DNA of 64,000 nucleotides from Escherichia phage JK1. Made by a program: the position numbers and the translations under genes. The stretch lies in sequence record MZ436830.1. One strand, given 5' to 3'. The stretch's first letter is position 1. Every line of letters begins with the position of its first letter. Below are positions 28,006 to 37,465 of this stretch, one piece after another. Under the pieces are notes generated by a model. The model did not search any database and was not told the origin of the DNA. It worked only from the letters and a program-made list of their open reading frames with translations.

Positions 28006-28271
28006 TAGTATTTTTCCTCTGGTTGGAACACTGCACGACAAGCCCACATACTGGCTTCTTTGAGTTTCGTTTTAGCAATAGTTAACTGATCGAGGCTTTC
28101 GGCGTAATTCTTCGCGAGTTCATCATCTTCACAGCTATCAAATGCTTCCCAAAATTCATCGTATAAAGCATCAAAGATAAGTCCTAAACGAACTTCAGCG
28201 TCTTTAATAGCATTTACTTTACCGATTTTTTCGTCGGTATGTGGCTTATAACCTTTAATATCTTCAATCAT
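28005..28271 (-). CDS. Hypothetical acidic protein; start at internal Met (MIEDIKG)
   Basis: ORF track 28005..28307; ATGATTGA overlap with the upstream ORF. Confidence 0.4.
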   Translation of the reverse strand: MIEDIKGYKPHTDEKIGKVNAIKDAEVRLGLIFDALYDEFWEAFDSCEDDELAKNYAESLDQLTIAKTKLKEASMWACRAVFQPEEKY

Positions 28272-28485
28272 ATTTGACTTCCTCACCAGTACATAAATCG
28301 TATTCAACTAAACGAATAGGTTCATGAATGCCATATCCCTGAACAGAAATTTCTGTAGTAGGATAAATTCCATCAATATCACCCATATTCCACGCTTCGT
28401 TAAATTGCTGTTCGCCTGAATTACTAAACCACTCGGCGAAAGCATTTAGCACATCTTTAGAACCTTCAATAATTATCTTTGCCAT
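28264..28485 (-). CDS. Hypothetical small protein
   Basis: 73 aa; TAATG overlap with the upstream gene. Confidence 0.45.
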   Translation of the reverse strand: MAKIIIEGSKDVLNAFAEWFSNSGEQQFNEAWNMGDIDGIYPTTEISVQGYGIHEPIRLVEYDLCTGEEVKYD

Positions 28486-28847
28486 TACAAACTCTCGGTG
28501 AAGGTACGAGCGATAACGTCGCGCTGCTGTTCCGGAGTCAGAGAGTTAAAGCGAACTGCATAACCGGATACACGGATGGTCAGCTGCGGATATTTTTCCG
28601 GATGCTTAACTGCATCTTCCAGAGTTTCACGACGCAGAACGTTAACGTTCAGGTGTTGACCACCTTCAATTTTAACTGTAGGCTGTGGCTCAATTTCAAT
28701 TTCACGGGCATGCAAACCGTAGAAAATTTCTGGGTCTACAAAAGAGTCCTCTTTAAAGGTTTTAGAGACAATAATTCGTGCTTGAATACCATCTTCAAAA
28801 TAAATAGTGCCTTTATGTGTGCCTTCAAGAATTTGATATGCTTTCAT
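28485..28847 (-). CDS. Autonomous glycyl-radical cofactor (GrcA/YfiD-like)
   Basis: 120 aa; C-terminal glycyl-radical motif [25 protein letters not shown]. Confidence 0.8.
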   Translation of the reverse strand: MKAYQILEGTHKGTIYFEDGIQARIIVSKTFKEDSFVDPEIFYGLHAREIEIEPQPTVKIEGGQHLNVNVLRRETLEDAVKHPEKYPQLTIRVSGYAVRFNSLTPEQQRDVIARTFTESL

Positions 28848-28854
28848 ATAAACC

Positions 28855-29184
28855 TCAATTAGAAAATAAATTTATCCAAGATTGTTCTTTAATTAAAAAT
28901 GGCTCAGAATCATATGCCATTAAACTTTGGGTAATTAATCCTTTAAAAGGTCCATCAATAAATTCCATGGTAAAATATGGAATTTTATTCATTAGCCGTG
29001 CATTAGGAGCAGTGCACAAAACTCTGCATCCTTTGAATATACCTTTTTGTAATTTGTATTGCTTGGGATAAAATTCGCTCAAAGTGTTATTATTTGCCAA
29101 AATTTCAAAATGATTCACCAATTTATTTTTAATAGTTTTTGGCGAAAAATAAAGATATTCGAAAAGCTGAGTGTCTGTCATCAT
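28855..29184 (-). CDS. Hypothetical protein, translationally coupled to the upstream P-loop ORF
   Basis: Start MMTDTQ at 29184 (ATGATGA overlap with the upstream stop); ORF track 28855..29235. Confidence 0.45.
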   Translation of the reverse strand: MMTDTQLFEYLYFSPKTIKNKLVNHFEILANNNTLSEFYPKQYKLQKGIFKGCRVLCTAPNARLMNKIPYFTMEFIDGPFKGLITQSLMAYDSEPFLIKEQSWINLFSN

Positions 29185-29771
29185 TGCATTCCAATCACAA
29201 AAAATTGAGGACGAGTAATACCACCAATGCAACATTTACTATTACAGCAGTAGTGTACAGTGTCAATATGGACGCTATAAATCTTATCCATATCAGGAGA
29301 TTTGACAGGCTCATCAATTATATACAAAATTCGCGAAAGCGATAAACCTCTGAACTTACTTCCTTTATTACCAATAAAACTGCGCACAGAATCAGTAAAT
29401 AAACGAAAACGTATATCATCATTAGAATAACGCGAAAATTCCTTTTTAATGTTATTTGCAGAAATTTTAGCGTAAGCTGAAGTATTAGAAAGAACAATAA
29501 CTGTTCCGCCATCATACAGCCAATTAGCAGCAAAGTTAGTCACAGCAATTGATTTACCAGATTGACGTCCACCATCTAGTCGAAGTGTACAATATTCTTT
29601 AAATAAATGCGACGAATCAGGTACATAAAATCCACTATTACAAATTTCTTCTACTCTAGCATCAGAATGGTGTGTAAAAGCATTCATCAGGGATAGATAA
29701 GGACCAGTTAAAAATGTTCTCATTTTATTCTCTCTAAATTTGGGCCATTCCGTGGCGCATGAATTGTCCAT
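29181..29771 (-). CDS. Small P-loop NTPase
   Basis: 196 aa; Walker A LDGGRQSGKS, Walker B-like LYIIDEP. Confidence 0.5.
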   Translation of the reverse strand: MDNSCATEWPKFRENKMRTFLTGPYLSLMNAFTHHSDARVEEICNSGFYVPDSSHLFKEYCTLRLDGGRQSGKSIAVTNFAANWLYDGGTVIVLSNTSAYAKISANNIKKEFSRYSNDDIRFRLFTDSVRSFIGNKGSKFRGLSLSRILYIIDEPVKSPDMDKIYSVHIDTVHYCCNSKCCIGGITRPQFFVIGMQ

Positions 29772-29864
29772 TTCTGTATTTACCCATTACCGCACTCAGG
29801 CTCGACCTTATCACAGGTTGGCGGGAATCCCTCACAGAATCATGAGGTCCAGCTTGTTCCCATA

Positions 29865-30338
29865 TTATTTGAACGATTTAACGTACTGAATAGAACCTTT
29901 ACTATTCACAAAGGCAATTTTACCATTTTTATTATACATGGTAGCAGTACGTTGATAACCATAAGTTTGTTTACCAGATTGATAACCAACTAATGCGAAA
30001 TTATCTTCGCCCATTTTATTCTGTTTAGCGCGAATGCGTTCATGACCATGTGCCATAAGAACCTTAGCATCACCGGTTGCAATGGATCGACGAGTTTTTT
30101 CATCTTCAACTGTATTAACAAAGTCGTCAAATGAATCAAATTTAGCATGAGATTTATTATACAGTTTTCCATCTACTGCATAATTATATCCCTGTACATC
30201 CATCTCAACTTCTGTACCATCATCCAATACAGCAGTGATTTTTTGACCTTTTTTAAATTTCAAAAGATCAGTAAAAGATTCAGCAATAATTTGAGAATTA
30301 ATAGCTGCTTCAGTGATAAATTCTTGATATGTTTTCAT
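29865..30338 (-). CDS. Internal-protein-like ORF with capsid-targeting-sequence (CTS)-like N-terminus
   Basis: 157 aa; N-terminus MKTYQEFITEA matches the T4 internal-protein CTS (MKTYQEFIAE) with an I-x-E protease-type site; immediately downstream of denV. Confidence 0.6.
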   Translation of the reverse strand: MKTYQEFITEAAINSQIIAESFTDLLKFKKGQKITAVLDDGTEVEMDVQGYNYAVDGKLYNKSHAKFDSFDDFVNTVEDEKTRRSIATGDAKVLMAHGHERIRAKQNKMGEDNFALVGYQSGKQTYGYQRTATMYNKNGKIAFVNSKGSIQYVKSFK

Positions 30339-30347
30339 ATGTTTCCT

Positions 30348-30764
30348 TTAAATGTAAATATTTTTACCGTAATACTTATACCAATGTGGTTTCATTAAAA
30401 TTTTTTCATCAAGTCGTTGTTGACTCAATTTAATAGCTGATTTGCATGGATTATAATCATTTTTCCATTCTATTGGAATATCGCTGATGTCAGGAACTTC
30501 AGTATCTTTTATACTGAACCCGCGTTTTAAGCATTCCGTTATAATGTCTAATTGACGCTTTCGCAAAAATTCTAACTTATCGTAAAAGAACGTAACATGA
30601 CCAGAACCTAAAATAAACTCGGAAGATATTTTAAAATCTTTAACGCGCTTACCGTTTGCCACATGCTTACGAACTATACCAAAAACACGTGGCAATTCAC
30701 GATATTCTGCAATTAAATGCTGATCAGTAAGTTCAGATACTAAAGTCAAATTAATACGAGTCAT
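30348..30764 (-). CDS. denV: Endonuclease V (pyrimidine dimer DNA glycosylase)
   Basis: 138 aa; [37 protein letters not shown] matches T4 DenV as I recall it. Confidence 0.9.
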   Translation of the reverse strand: MTRINLTLVSELTDQHLIAEYRELPRVFGIVRKHVANGKRVKDFKISSEFILGSGHVTFFYDKLEFLRKRQLDIITECLKRGFSIKDTEVPDISDIPIEWKNDYNPCKSAIKLSQQRLDEKILMKPHWYKYYGKNIYI

Positions 30765-30789
30765 TTTATCCCTCCAAGTAACTGTGAAT

Positions 30790-30819
30790 ATACTATCACA
30801 ATTCTAGGAGAAAGTAAAC
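30790..30819 (-). promoter_or_regulatory. Early promoter-like motif upstream of denV (GTTTAC-N18-TAGTAT)
   Basis: Plus gtaaac 30814-30819; weaker -10; occupies the 60-bp denV-e intergenic gap. Confidence 0.4.
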
Positions 30820-30823
30820 AACT

Positions 30824-31792
<969 letters not shown>

Positions 31793-31811
<19 letters not shown>

Positions 31812-32281
31812 TCAGTGATAAAGCTATTTAAATTTTGGGTATATTTCTTTTCATCAAAAATCTTTTGTTGTCTGCGTAAACGCCATGGCATTTCAATGAA
31901 CGTGTACCATATCCCAGATAATATTGCTGCTGTAAAAATATTAACAAGTATGGTTAAAATAATCCAATCTCCCGTTCTGTCTACTGGACTTTCTCCAAAG
32001 AAGCAAAATACAAATGATGTCACAGGAAAACTAATAATGTACCACAGAATCATAATTTTATCTGTGAACCAATCAGCATTTGTTAACTTAGCACGACCAT
32101 TATGAATACACACGAATTTATCATCTGTTATAATAGATGGCTTAGCTGCTTGATATCCCATTCTAAACTCCCTAATCAACAAATTTTTCATATCTTCGGA
32201 ACAACCATTCCAGTCAACTCTATTAACTGAAATGCCATCATCCCCATCATCTAAATCATACCAGCGAGTTTTTAAAATCAT
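31793..32281 (-). CDS. Membrane protein (2 TM), member of tandem triplet with C-terminal (D/E)CRK(L/I)K-like tail
   Basis: 162 aa; hydrophobic core; ends FITECRKLK. Confidence 0.5.
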
Positions 32282-32640
32282 TTAATTTTCCTACAATCAC
32301 TCACAAACTCTTCCATTGATTCTTTTTCAATATAAGACATGTAGCTATTATATTCCTTTAATTGTATTTTGTAATCCTTTTTTCTTTGCCAATTTATTTT
32401 AAAATTATCATAATGAAAATATAACATGGTACCAAAGAATGAAAATAATGAAATAATTTTAGTATAGTGAAGTTCACTCCAAACTTCTATTATATTTACT
32501 GTGCCGTCAATGTTTAAAATAAGACAGTCAATTAACAATCCAAAAAGACTACCCGCAAGAGCTGCAGCCAACGCTACAGCAAAAATTAAAAATGACTCAG
32601 GAAGAGAATATTTGACTTTATTTAGTTTTGGCTTTTGCAT
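32278..32640 (-). CDS. Membrane protein (2 TM), tandem triplet member
   Basis: 120 aa; ends FVSDCRKIK. Confidence 0.5.
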   Translation of the reverse strand: MQKPKLNKVKYSLPESFLIFAVALAAALAGSLFGLLIDCLILNIDGTVNIIEVWSELHYTKIISLFSFFGTMLYFHYDNFKINWQRKKDYKIQLKEYNSYMSYIEKESMEEFVSDCRKIK

Positions 32641-33035
32641 CGTGATTCCTTAACAAATTTCATAATTTCATCAAATTCATGCGCAGCAAGTTTAAGCTGA
32701 TGTTCCTTTTTAATCTTTTTACACTGAGCTTTCCAATCACGTACACGTTTACGATAGTGTCTTCCTTGATACCAGTATCCTATCCAATTTATAGGTACTA
32801 ATAAAAGCGGAACTACCAATGGAAGAATTAGTGTTGCTCCAAATATTGCACCAGATTCAATATCAGTCATAACGTCTATAACTATTCCAGCAATCAGCAG
32901 AATCACAAATGATACGGCTACCACAGGACCTATTAATACATCAGTAGGAATTAGCTGACGTTTTAGTTCATACTTCACAGGTTCACTTGGAAGGTATAGT
33001 GATGGCTTTGACATATTCTCTACATTCCTTAACAA
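32622..33035 (-). CDS. Membrane protein (2 TM), tandem triplet member
   Basis: 137 aa; ends FVKESRCKSQN. Confidence 0.5.
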   Translation of the reverse strand: MLRNVENMSKPSLYLPSEPVKYELKRQLIPTDVLIGPVVAVSFVILLIAGIVIDVMTDIESGAIFGATLILPLVVPLLLVPINWIGYWYQGRHYRKRVRDWKAQCKKIKKEHQLKLAAHEFDEIMKFVKESRCKSQN

Positions 33036-33588
33036 ATTTTTCTAATAATAAATCGCTTTCAAAATTAGGATTTTCTACGAATTTATCAAAAAGATCATCA
33101 ACAATAGTTAAGATATTCTTTTTACTAAGAATACGTTTATTTTCATGCTTCGTTTCAGAATCAACTATAAGAGTAAAGAAATATTTCTTGCCCTGAAATT
33201 TTACAGTAGTATCAATATAGAATAAATTTGACTTTTGTAAATTACGTTTAAACCATGCATCACTTAAACTATAAACGCCAAGATAATCATAATCGTCGTT
33301 TAAATAACAGACCGTCCATTCAGGAGAAACAAAATCAGTAAATTCAACGTCAAAATCGCATGTTAATAAATGAATTGATTCAATACTGTTAATAAGTATT
33401 CCAGGACGTATTAAAGACTTTTTACCTTTATAAAATCCAGAAAGACTTTCATCAGTTTCATATGAAGAACCCCAATAATAATTACGTCCTTCTGCCATAC
33501 GTTTAAGAGCATTTAATAATTGGTCTGGAACATCAACCTGTCTTTGGAACTCTTCAAACATTGAATTGAAATCACTTTGCATTTTCAT
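32983..33588 (-). CDS. Hypothetical protein
   Basis: 201 aa ORF. Confidence 0.55.
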   Translation of the reverse strand: MKMQSDFNSMFEEFQRQVDVPDQLLNALKRMAEGRNYYWGSSYETDESLSGFYKGKKSLIRPGILINSIESIHLLTCDFDVEFTDFVSPEWTVCYLNDDYDYLGVYSLSDAWFKRNLQKSNLFYIDTTVKFQGKKYFFTLIVDSETKHENKRILSKKNILTIVDDLFDKFVENPNFESDLLLEKFVKECREYVKAITIPSK

Positions 33589-33608
33589 TCCTACTTACTT
33601 CAAGTAAT

Positions 33609-33624
33609 AGGGGCCGAAGCCCCT
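33609..33624 (-). other. Intergenic C(UUCG)G-loop hairpin (RNA-stabilising or weak terminator)
   Basis: Plus ggggc-cgaa-gcccc; no clear U-run. Confidence 0.35.
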
Positions 33625-33629
33625 TATCA

Positions 33630-34223
33630 TTATTTCAGAGAATTAATGTATTCCTGAACATCGGCAGAGGTAGTTTCAACCCCAGAAATATTGCCATTAA
33701 AGGTTTCAACTCGAGCAAGAGTATCTTCAATATCAACCTTAGTCAGTGCTGCAATTTCAACTACATCATCAGCAGTACTAATTCCGAGGGCATTCGCGGC
33801 GCGAGTTTCACGGATATATTCCAATTTAACTGCAAGTTCTTGGCGAGCATCATCTAACTCAACTACTTTCTTGGCGATTTCAATTCGCATTTCAGCATAA
33901 CCATCAGCTTTAGTAGTCAACTGCTCAGCTGTTCGACGATATAGTAAACCAAGTTTAGCATGCATTGTTACATCTTGACCTTCAGAAAGAAGCTTGCGAA
34001 TTTCACGCTCTTTTGATTCGGCCTGTCGATTCTTTTCGACAATAAGTTCACGAATACGTTTTTCTTCATTAATAGATTTAACAGAAGCAGTTTTTAGATC
34101 TTTAATCTTATCAAGTAGTTTTGCTGCCGCAGCAGTATACTGTTCTTCAACAGATAAATTTTTAGCCATAGCAGAACCAAGTTTAGTGCGAATAAACTCA
34201 ACAATTTTCTTCAGCATGTTCAT
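33630..34223 (-). CDS. Coiled-coil protein, possibly PspA/IM30-like
   Basis: 197 aa, strongly helical and charged; family assignment by eye only. Confidence 0.45.
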   Translation of the reverse strand: MNMLKKIVEFIRTKLGSAMAKNLSVEEQYTAAAAKLLDKIKDLKTASVKSINEEKRIRELIVEKNRQAESKEREIRKLLSEGQDVTMHAKLGLLYRRTAEQLTTKADGYAEMRIEIAKKVVELDDARQELAVKLEYIRETRAANALGISTADDVVEIAALTKVDIEDTLARVETFNGNISGVETTSADVQEYINSLK

Positions 34224-34298
34224 AGCATTTCCTTTAGTTAATTAAGGGTTTTTATAATCCGTGGGAGTATTATACTCTACTCCCAAGAGTTTGTAAAC

Positions 34299-34631
34299 TT
34301 ATTCTTCGTCCAATTCATCAATAAATTTATCGATACTACTATTAATAGACTCATCGATGATTAACAAAGCATCATCATCCATAATATTAATATTTTCTAA
34401 AGCATCAATATAAGCTTGATTGACTATAGACCATGCCCTTTGAAAATATGGGGCTTCATCATCAGGACTGAACCAACGTACACCTTCAAAGATACGTTTG
34501 GCATAATCTAACACCCATTGTACAGGCATGTTTTGAGAACGTTCGTTAAACTCTTTAAAGTCCTTAGATTCAAAAAGCTCTTCAGGATAATAATTTCTAT
34601 TACAAAAAGCTTTACTAAAGTTACGTTTCAT
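34299..34631 (-). CDS. Hypothetical acidic protein
   Basis: 110 aa ORF. Confidence 0.5.
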   Translation of the reverse strand: MKRNFSKAFCNRNYYPEELFESKDFKEFNERSQNMPVQWVLDYAKRIFEGVRWFSPDDEAPYFQRAWSIVNQAYIDALENINIMDDDALLIIDESINSSIDKFIDELDEE

Positions 34632-34687
34632 AATGTTCTCCTCAAAGTTATAGGCTCATAATATCTCAATCATGAGCCTGTGTAAAC

Positions 34688-34963
34688 TTATTTCATATTA
34701 TTGAAATATTCTTCTGCGATTTCATCGTTATCATGGTAAACTTTAGAAGACAGTTTAACATAACCTTCTGCTGTGAACATATTAATCACAACCTTTACAG
34801 TATACCACTGACCATCTTCATTACCCATTACTGCGTAAGTTTCAAACATCGGATGGTCAGGACCGATAACTTTAATATCATTCACTGTACGACCAAAATC
34901 TTCTGAAACACATTTCATAAAGAAGTTGAACAGTTCGCCGTAATTATCCATTTCATTCTCCAA
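34688..34963 (-). CDS. Hypothetical protein
   Basis: 91 aa; early promoter directly upstream. Confidence 0.5.
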   Translation of the reverse strand: MENEMDNYGELFNFFMKCVSEDFGRTVNDIKVIGPDHPMFETYAVMGNEDGQWYTVKVVINMFTAEGYVKLSSKVYHDNDEIAEEYFNNMK

Positions 34964-34994
34964 GTTGTTTTCTGTATCAGTAGTTGATAGTTGT

Positions 34995-35024
34995 ATAGTA
35001 CCATGGAAGGGTAAGGATGTAAAC
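34995..35024 (-). promoter_or_regulatory. Early promoter (GTTTAC-N18-TACTAT)
   Basis: Plus gtaaac 35019-35024, atagta 34995-35000; leader identical to 19734-19755. Confidence 0.5.
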
Positions 35025-35154
35025 TGTTTTGTGAAAAAAATTTTTAAAAAGTTTTGGGGAATTCTAGGGCAGGGAGGGGCAATTAAAAGATAGGATAATA
35101 TATTATAAAGGATAGAAACTAAATGATGTCTAGAGAGGCCCGGAAAGGCCTAGA

Positions 35155-35189
35155 TACCAAAAAGCCCCAACCTTTTGGTCGGGGCTAAG
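35155..35189 (-). repeat. 35-nt direct repeat, copy 1 (terminator hairpin plus U-run), downstream flank of the CTS-like ORF
   Basis: taccaaaaagccccaaccttttggtcggggctaag; 32/35 identical to 35690-35724. Confidence 0.7.
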
Positions 35190-35193
35190 AATG

Positions 35194-35655
35194 TTATTTG
35201 ATTTGTTTAGCAGACCAAATGCGATCTTTAATAATTTTTTGGATGTCTTCAACATACTCTAGGTCATGAGCATGTGGATTATCTTTGAAACTATGAGCTC
35301 GCGCAAGTTTCTGGCCTTCGGTCTTAATTATCAAAAGTTCTTTAAGAATTGCTTCATACCTAGAGATAATTCCTTTAGCAATATTTTTTTCTTGTGCTGC
35401 TTTAGGGTCAGCCTTAGGAGCAGGTTTACCAGAAGGTTTTTCGAAAGCCGCACCAGTAGCAACCAGGCTTTTCCAGGCGGTGGTAACATAGTTACCCACA
35501 AAGCCTTCAGCTCTCATATCGTCATAGAACTTGTACCGAGATTCGTCAGAAGCATCTTTATAAGAATATTTACCAGCTTTAATAGCAGCAGTTGCTACAG
35601 CGCGAACATCTGAAGCGGATGCTTCGGTCATTAAAAATTGAGCATAAGTTTTCAT
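35194..35655 (-). CDS. Candidate packaged internal protein: CTS-like N-terminus, own late promoter
   Basis: 153 aa; N-terminus MKTYAQFLMTEA (CTS-like, L-x-E site); AGGAAA ribosome-binding site; TATAAATA 28 nt upstream; flanked by direct repeats. Confidence 0.55.
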   Translation of the reverse strand: MKTYAQFLMTEASASDVRAVATAAIKAGKYSYKDASDESRYKFYDDMRAEGFVGNYVTTAWKSLVATGAAFEKPSGKPAPKADPKAAQEKNIAKGIISRYEAILKELLIIKTEGQKLARAHSFKDNPHAHDLEYVEDIQKIIKDRIWSAKQIK

Positions 35656-35683
35656 TATTATTTCCTGTGTTAATTAACTCATC

Positions 35684-35691
35684 TATTTATA
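35684..35691 (-). promoter_or_regulatory. Late promoter TATAAATA upstream of ORF 35194..35655
   Basis: Plus tatttata at 35684-35691. Confidence 0.5.
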
Positions 35692-35724
35692 CCAAAAAGC
35701 CCCAACCTTTCGGCTGGGGCTAAG
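35690..35724 (-). repeat. 35-nt direct repeat, copy 2 (terminator hairpin plus U-run), upstream flank of the CTS-like ORF
   Basis: taccaaaaagccccaacctttcggctggggctaag; hairpin 35698-35721 followed on the minus RNA by UUUUU. Confidence 0.7.
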
Positions 35725-35762
35725 CCTTGCGGCAACCTTGTCGGGGTTCCACCTGCTAAGGC

Positions 35763-36030
35763 AAGTGTTTGTACGAAACGCCGGGATTCGAACCCGGTTA
35801 TTAAGTAGTTGACGCTACTCAATATTTTTAAAAGGCCATATCTCGACCATATCCGAACGTTCCGTCAAAAACGCTACTCGGCTTATGGCAAAGATATTTC
35901 CTCGAATCGATAATTCGGTGCGCCGTTTCTGCTGTGATGTAAGAGGGCATCAATAAACGTAAAGATTATTAACGCAATTCCTTACTCAGGGAACATCAGT
36001 CCGACGACTTGCCGGTAGCGACCCGGCTTC
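35763..36030 (-). ncRNA. Possible stable small RNA(s) with tRNA-like 3' T-arm (T4 species-1/2 RNA-like), downstream of tRNA-Arg
   Basis: About 270 nt with no ORF between tRNA-Arg and the terminator; 3' end CCGGGTTCGAATCCCGG plus acceptor-like strand; cloverleaf not resolved. Confidence 0.3.
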
Positions 36031-36035
36031 TTGTC

Positions 36036-36111
36036 TGGTCGAGGCAGTAGGGATCGAACCTACGACCCAGGACTTAGAAGGTCCTTGCTCTTCCTTCTGA
36101 GCTATGCCTCG
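36036..36111 (-). tRNA. tRNA-Arg (anticodon UCU)
   Basis: Hand-folded: 76 nt, CCA encoded, anticodon loop CUUCUAA, T-arm GGTTCGATCC. Confidence 0.8.
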
Positions 36112-36115
36112 TATT

Positions 36116-36190
36116 TGGCGGACGTGATAGGATTCGAACCTATAACCAATCGCTTAACAGGCGATCGCTCTGCCATTGAGCTACACATCC
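36116..36190 (-). tRNA. tRNA-Asn (anticodon GUU)
   Basis: Hand-folded: 75 nt, CCA encoded, anticodon loop CUGUUAA, T-loop TTCGAAT. Confidence 0.7.
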
Positions 36191-36194
36191 AAAT

Positions 36195-36281
36195 TGGTGG
36201 GGAGTGGTGGAGTCGAACCACCCGAGTCGCAATGACAATGGATTTACAGTCCACACCGCTACCTCTACGGGATAACTCCCC
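36195..36281 (-). tRNA. tRNA-Tyr (anticodon GUA), long variable arm
   Basis: Hand-folded: 87 nt, anticodon stem-loop GTGGA-CUGUAAA-TCCAT, type II variable arm, CCA encoded. Confidence 0.7.
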
Positions 36282-36290
36282 AAATTAATT

Positions 36291-36365
36291 TGGTGGCCCT
36301 GGGTGGAATTGAACCACCATCTGGCGATTATGAGTCGCTTGCTTGAACCTTCCAGCTACAGGGCC
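36291..36365 (-). tRNA. tRNA with CAU anticodon (Ile via modified C34, or Met)
   Basis: Hand-folded: 75 nt, acceptor GGCCCTG/CAGGGCC, anticodon loop CUCAUAA. Confidence 0.7.
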
Positions 36366-36366
36366 T

Positions 36367-36442
36367 TGGTGCTGATTGACGGAATCGAACCGCCGACCTT
36401 CTCATTACAAGTGAGTTGCTCTACCTACTGAGCTAAATCAGC
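36367..36442 (-). tRNA. tRNA-Thr (anticodon UGU)
   Basis: Hand-folded: 76 nt, D-arm GCTCAGTAGGTAGAGC, anticodon loop CUUGUAA. Confidence 0.8.
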
Positions 36443-36447
36443 AAAAC

Positions 36448-36537
36448 TGGCGGAGGCGATAGGATTTGAACCTATGAGTCGCCGGAGCGACTGCCGGTTT
36501 TCAAGACCGGTGCATTAAACCACTCTGCCACGCCTCC
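36448..36537 (-). tRNA. tRNA-Ser (anticodon UGA), long variable arm
   Basis: Hand-folded: 90 nt, anticodon stem-loop CCGGT-CUUGAAA-ACCGG. Confidence 0.8.
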
Positions 36538-36539
36538 AG

Positions 36540-36613
36540 TCTCCATACAAGGATTTGAACCTTGGACCTCCTGATCCCAAATCAGGCGCTCTACCAAACT
36601 GAGCTACACGGAG
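36540..36613 (-). tRNA. tRNA-Pro (anticodon UGG)
   Basis: Hand-folded: anticodon loop UUUGGGA; CCA not encoded. Confidence 0.75.
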
Positions 36614-36623
36614 TAAATTAAAT

Positions 36624-36697
<74 letters not shown>

Positions 36698-36702
36698 AAA
36701 TT

Positions 36703-36789
36703 TGGTGCGAGAAGTGGGACTCGAACCCACAAGGAAATCATTCCGCAGCATTTTAAGTGCTGTGCCTTTACCAATTTGACCATTCTCGC
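36703..36789 (-). tRNA. tRNA-Leu (anticodon UAA), long variable arm
   Basis: Hand-folded: 87 nt, anticodon stem-loop CAGCA-CUUAAAA-TGCTG; one nucleotide separates it from tRNA-Gln (dimeric precursor). Confidence 0.8.
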
Positions 36790-36790
36790 G

Positions 36791-36863
36791 CTGGGAATAA
36801 AGGACTCGAACCTTTGCATCCTGGAATCAAAATCCAGTGCCTTACCAACTTGGCTAATTCCCA
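36791..36863 (-). tRNA. tRNA-Gln (anticodon UUG)
   Basis: Hand-folded: acceptor TGGGAAT/ATTCCCA, anticodon loop UUUUGAU. Confidence 0.8.
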
Positions 36864-36949
36864 ATTATTAACAAAGGCTCTCAAACAAGAACCCTTGATG
36901 ATAGAGGGTATTAATCAGTGCGGTATGAGTTAATAATAACAAATAATTC

Positions 36950-37465
36950 TTAAAGCAAATTAAACATTTTAACGGTCGGCAAAACAATTTCTTTTTCTAT
37001 ATAAGAGTATTTAACACTCTCAACTACACGCAAAAAATCATAATCATAATACTCAGAAGCACTGCCTAAAATATTAATAAGTCCTTCAAGCACTTTATTA
37101 CCATTCACAAAGAATAAGTCAAATACGCGTTCTTCGTCTTCTTCGGATTTATTACCAAGGTCAACTTCTATATCAAAGACCTTTTTAATGAATTCTGGAT
37201 AAAGTTGTTCTGAGAACAGTCCTTCAACCAAGTATTCATAAATAAAAAGCGATTGCTCGCTGAACAAGCCATTACCACAATAACGTTCAGCTTTAGTACT
37301 AGAATGTCTACTTTTAAACTTCTTTAAAAGATATTGAAATTGTAAGATTTCATGCTCTTCTACGCCAAACAGTGTTTTAGTTTTATAGTTGTCACCATCA
37401 TTTTCCCAGGTAGTGACATCAATTACGTAACCCTGCGGAATTGTAGTACCTAAACAAATATTCAT
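36950..37465 (-). CDS. Hypothetical acidic protein
   Basis: 171 aa ORF between the tRNA cluster and the internal-protein-like gene. Confidence 0.5.
   Translation of the reverse strand: MNICLGTTIPQGYVIDVTTWENDGDNYKTKTLFGVEEHEILQFQYLLKKFKSRHSSTKAERYCGNGLFSEQSLFIYEYLVEGLFSEQLYPEFIKKVFDIEVDLGNKSEEDEERVFDLFFVNGNKVLEGLINILGSASEYYDYDFLRVVESVKYSYIEKEIVLPTVKMFNLL

Noticed and set aside
35107-35190. Short plus-strand mini-ORF (about 21 codons) across the intergenic hairpins
   Set aside because: Too short, overlaps the terminator repeats and has no ribosome-binding site; the hairpin repeats explain the region better.
35725-35762. Possible extra tRNA just upstream of the terminator repeat
   Set aside because: No acceptable cloverleaf (no D- or anticodon arm) could be drawn; more likely the 3' tail of the preceding structured RNA.
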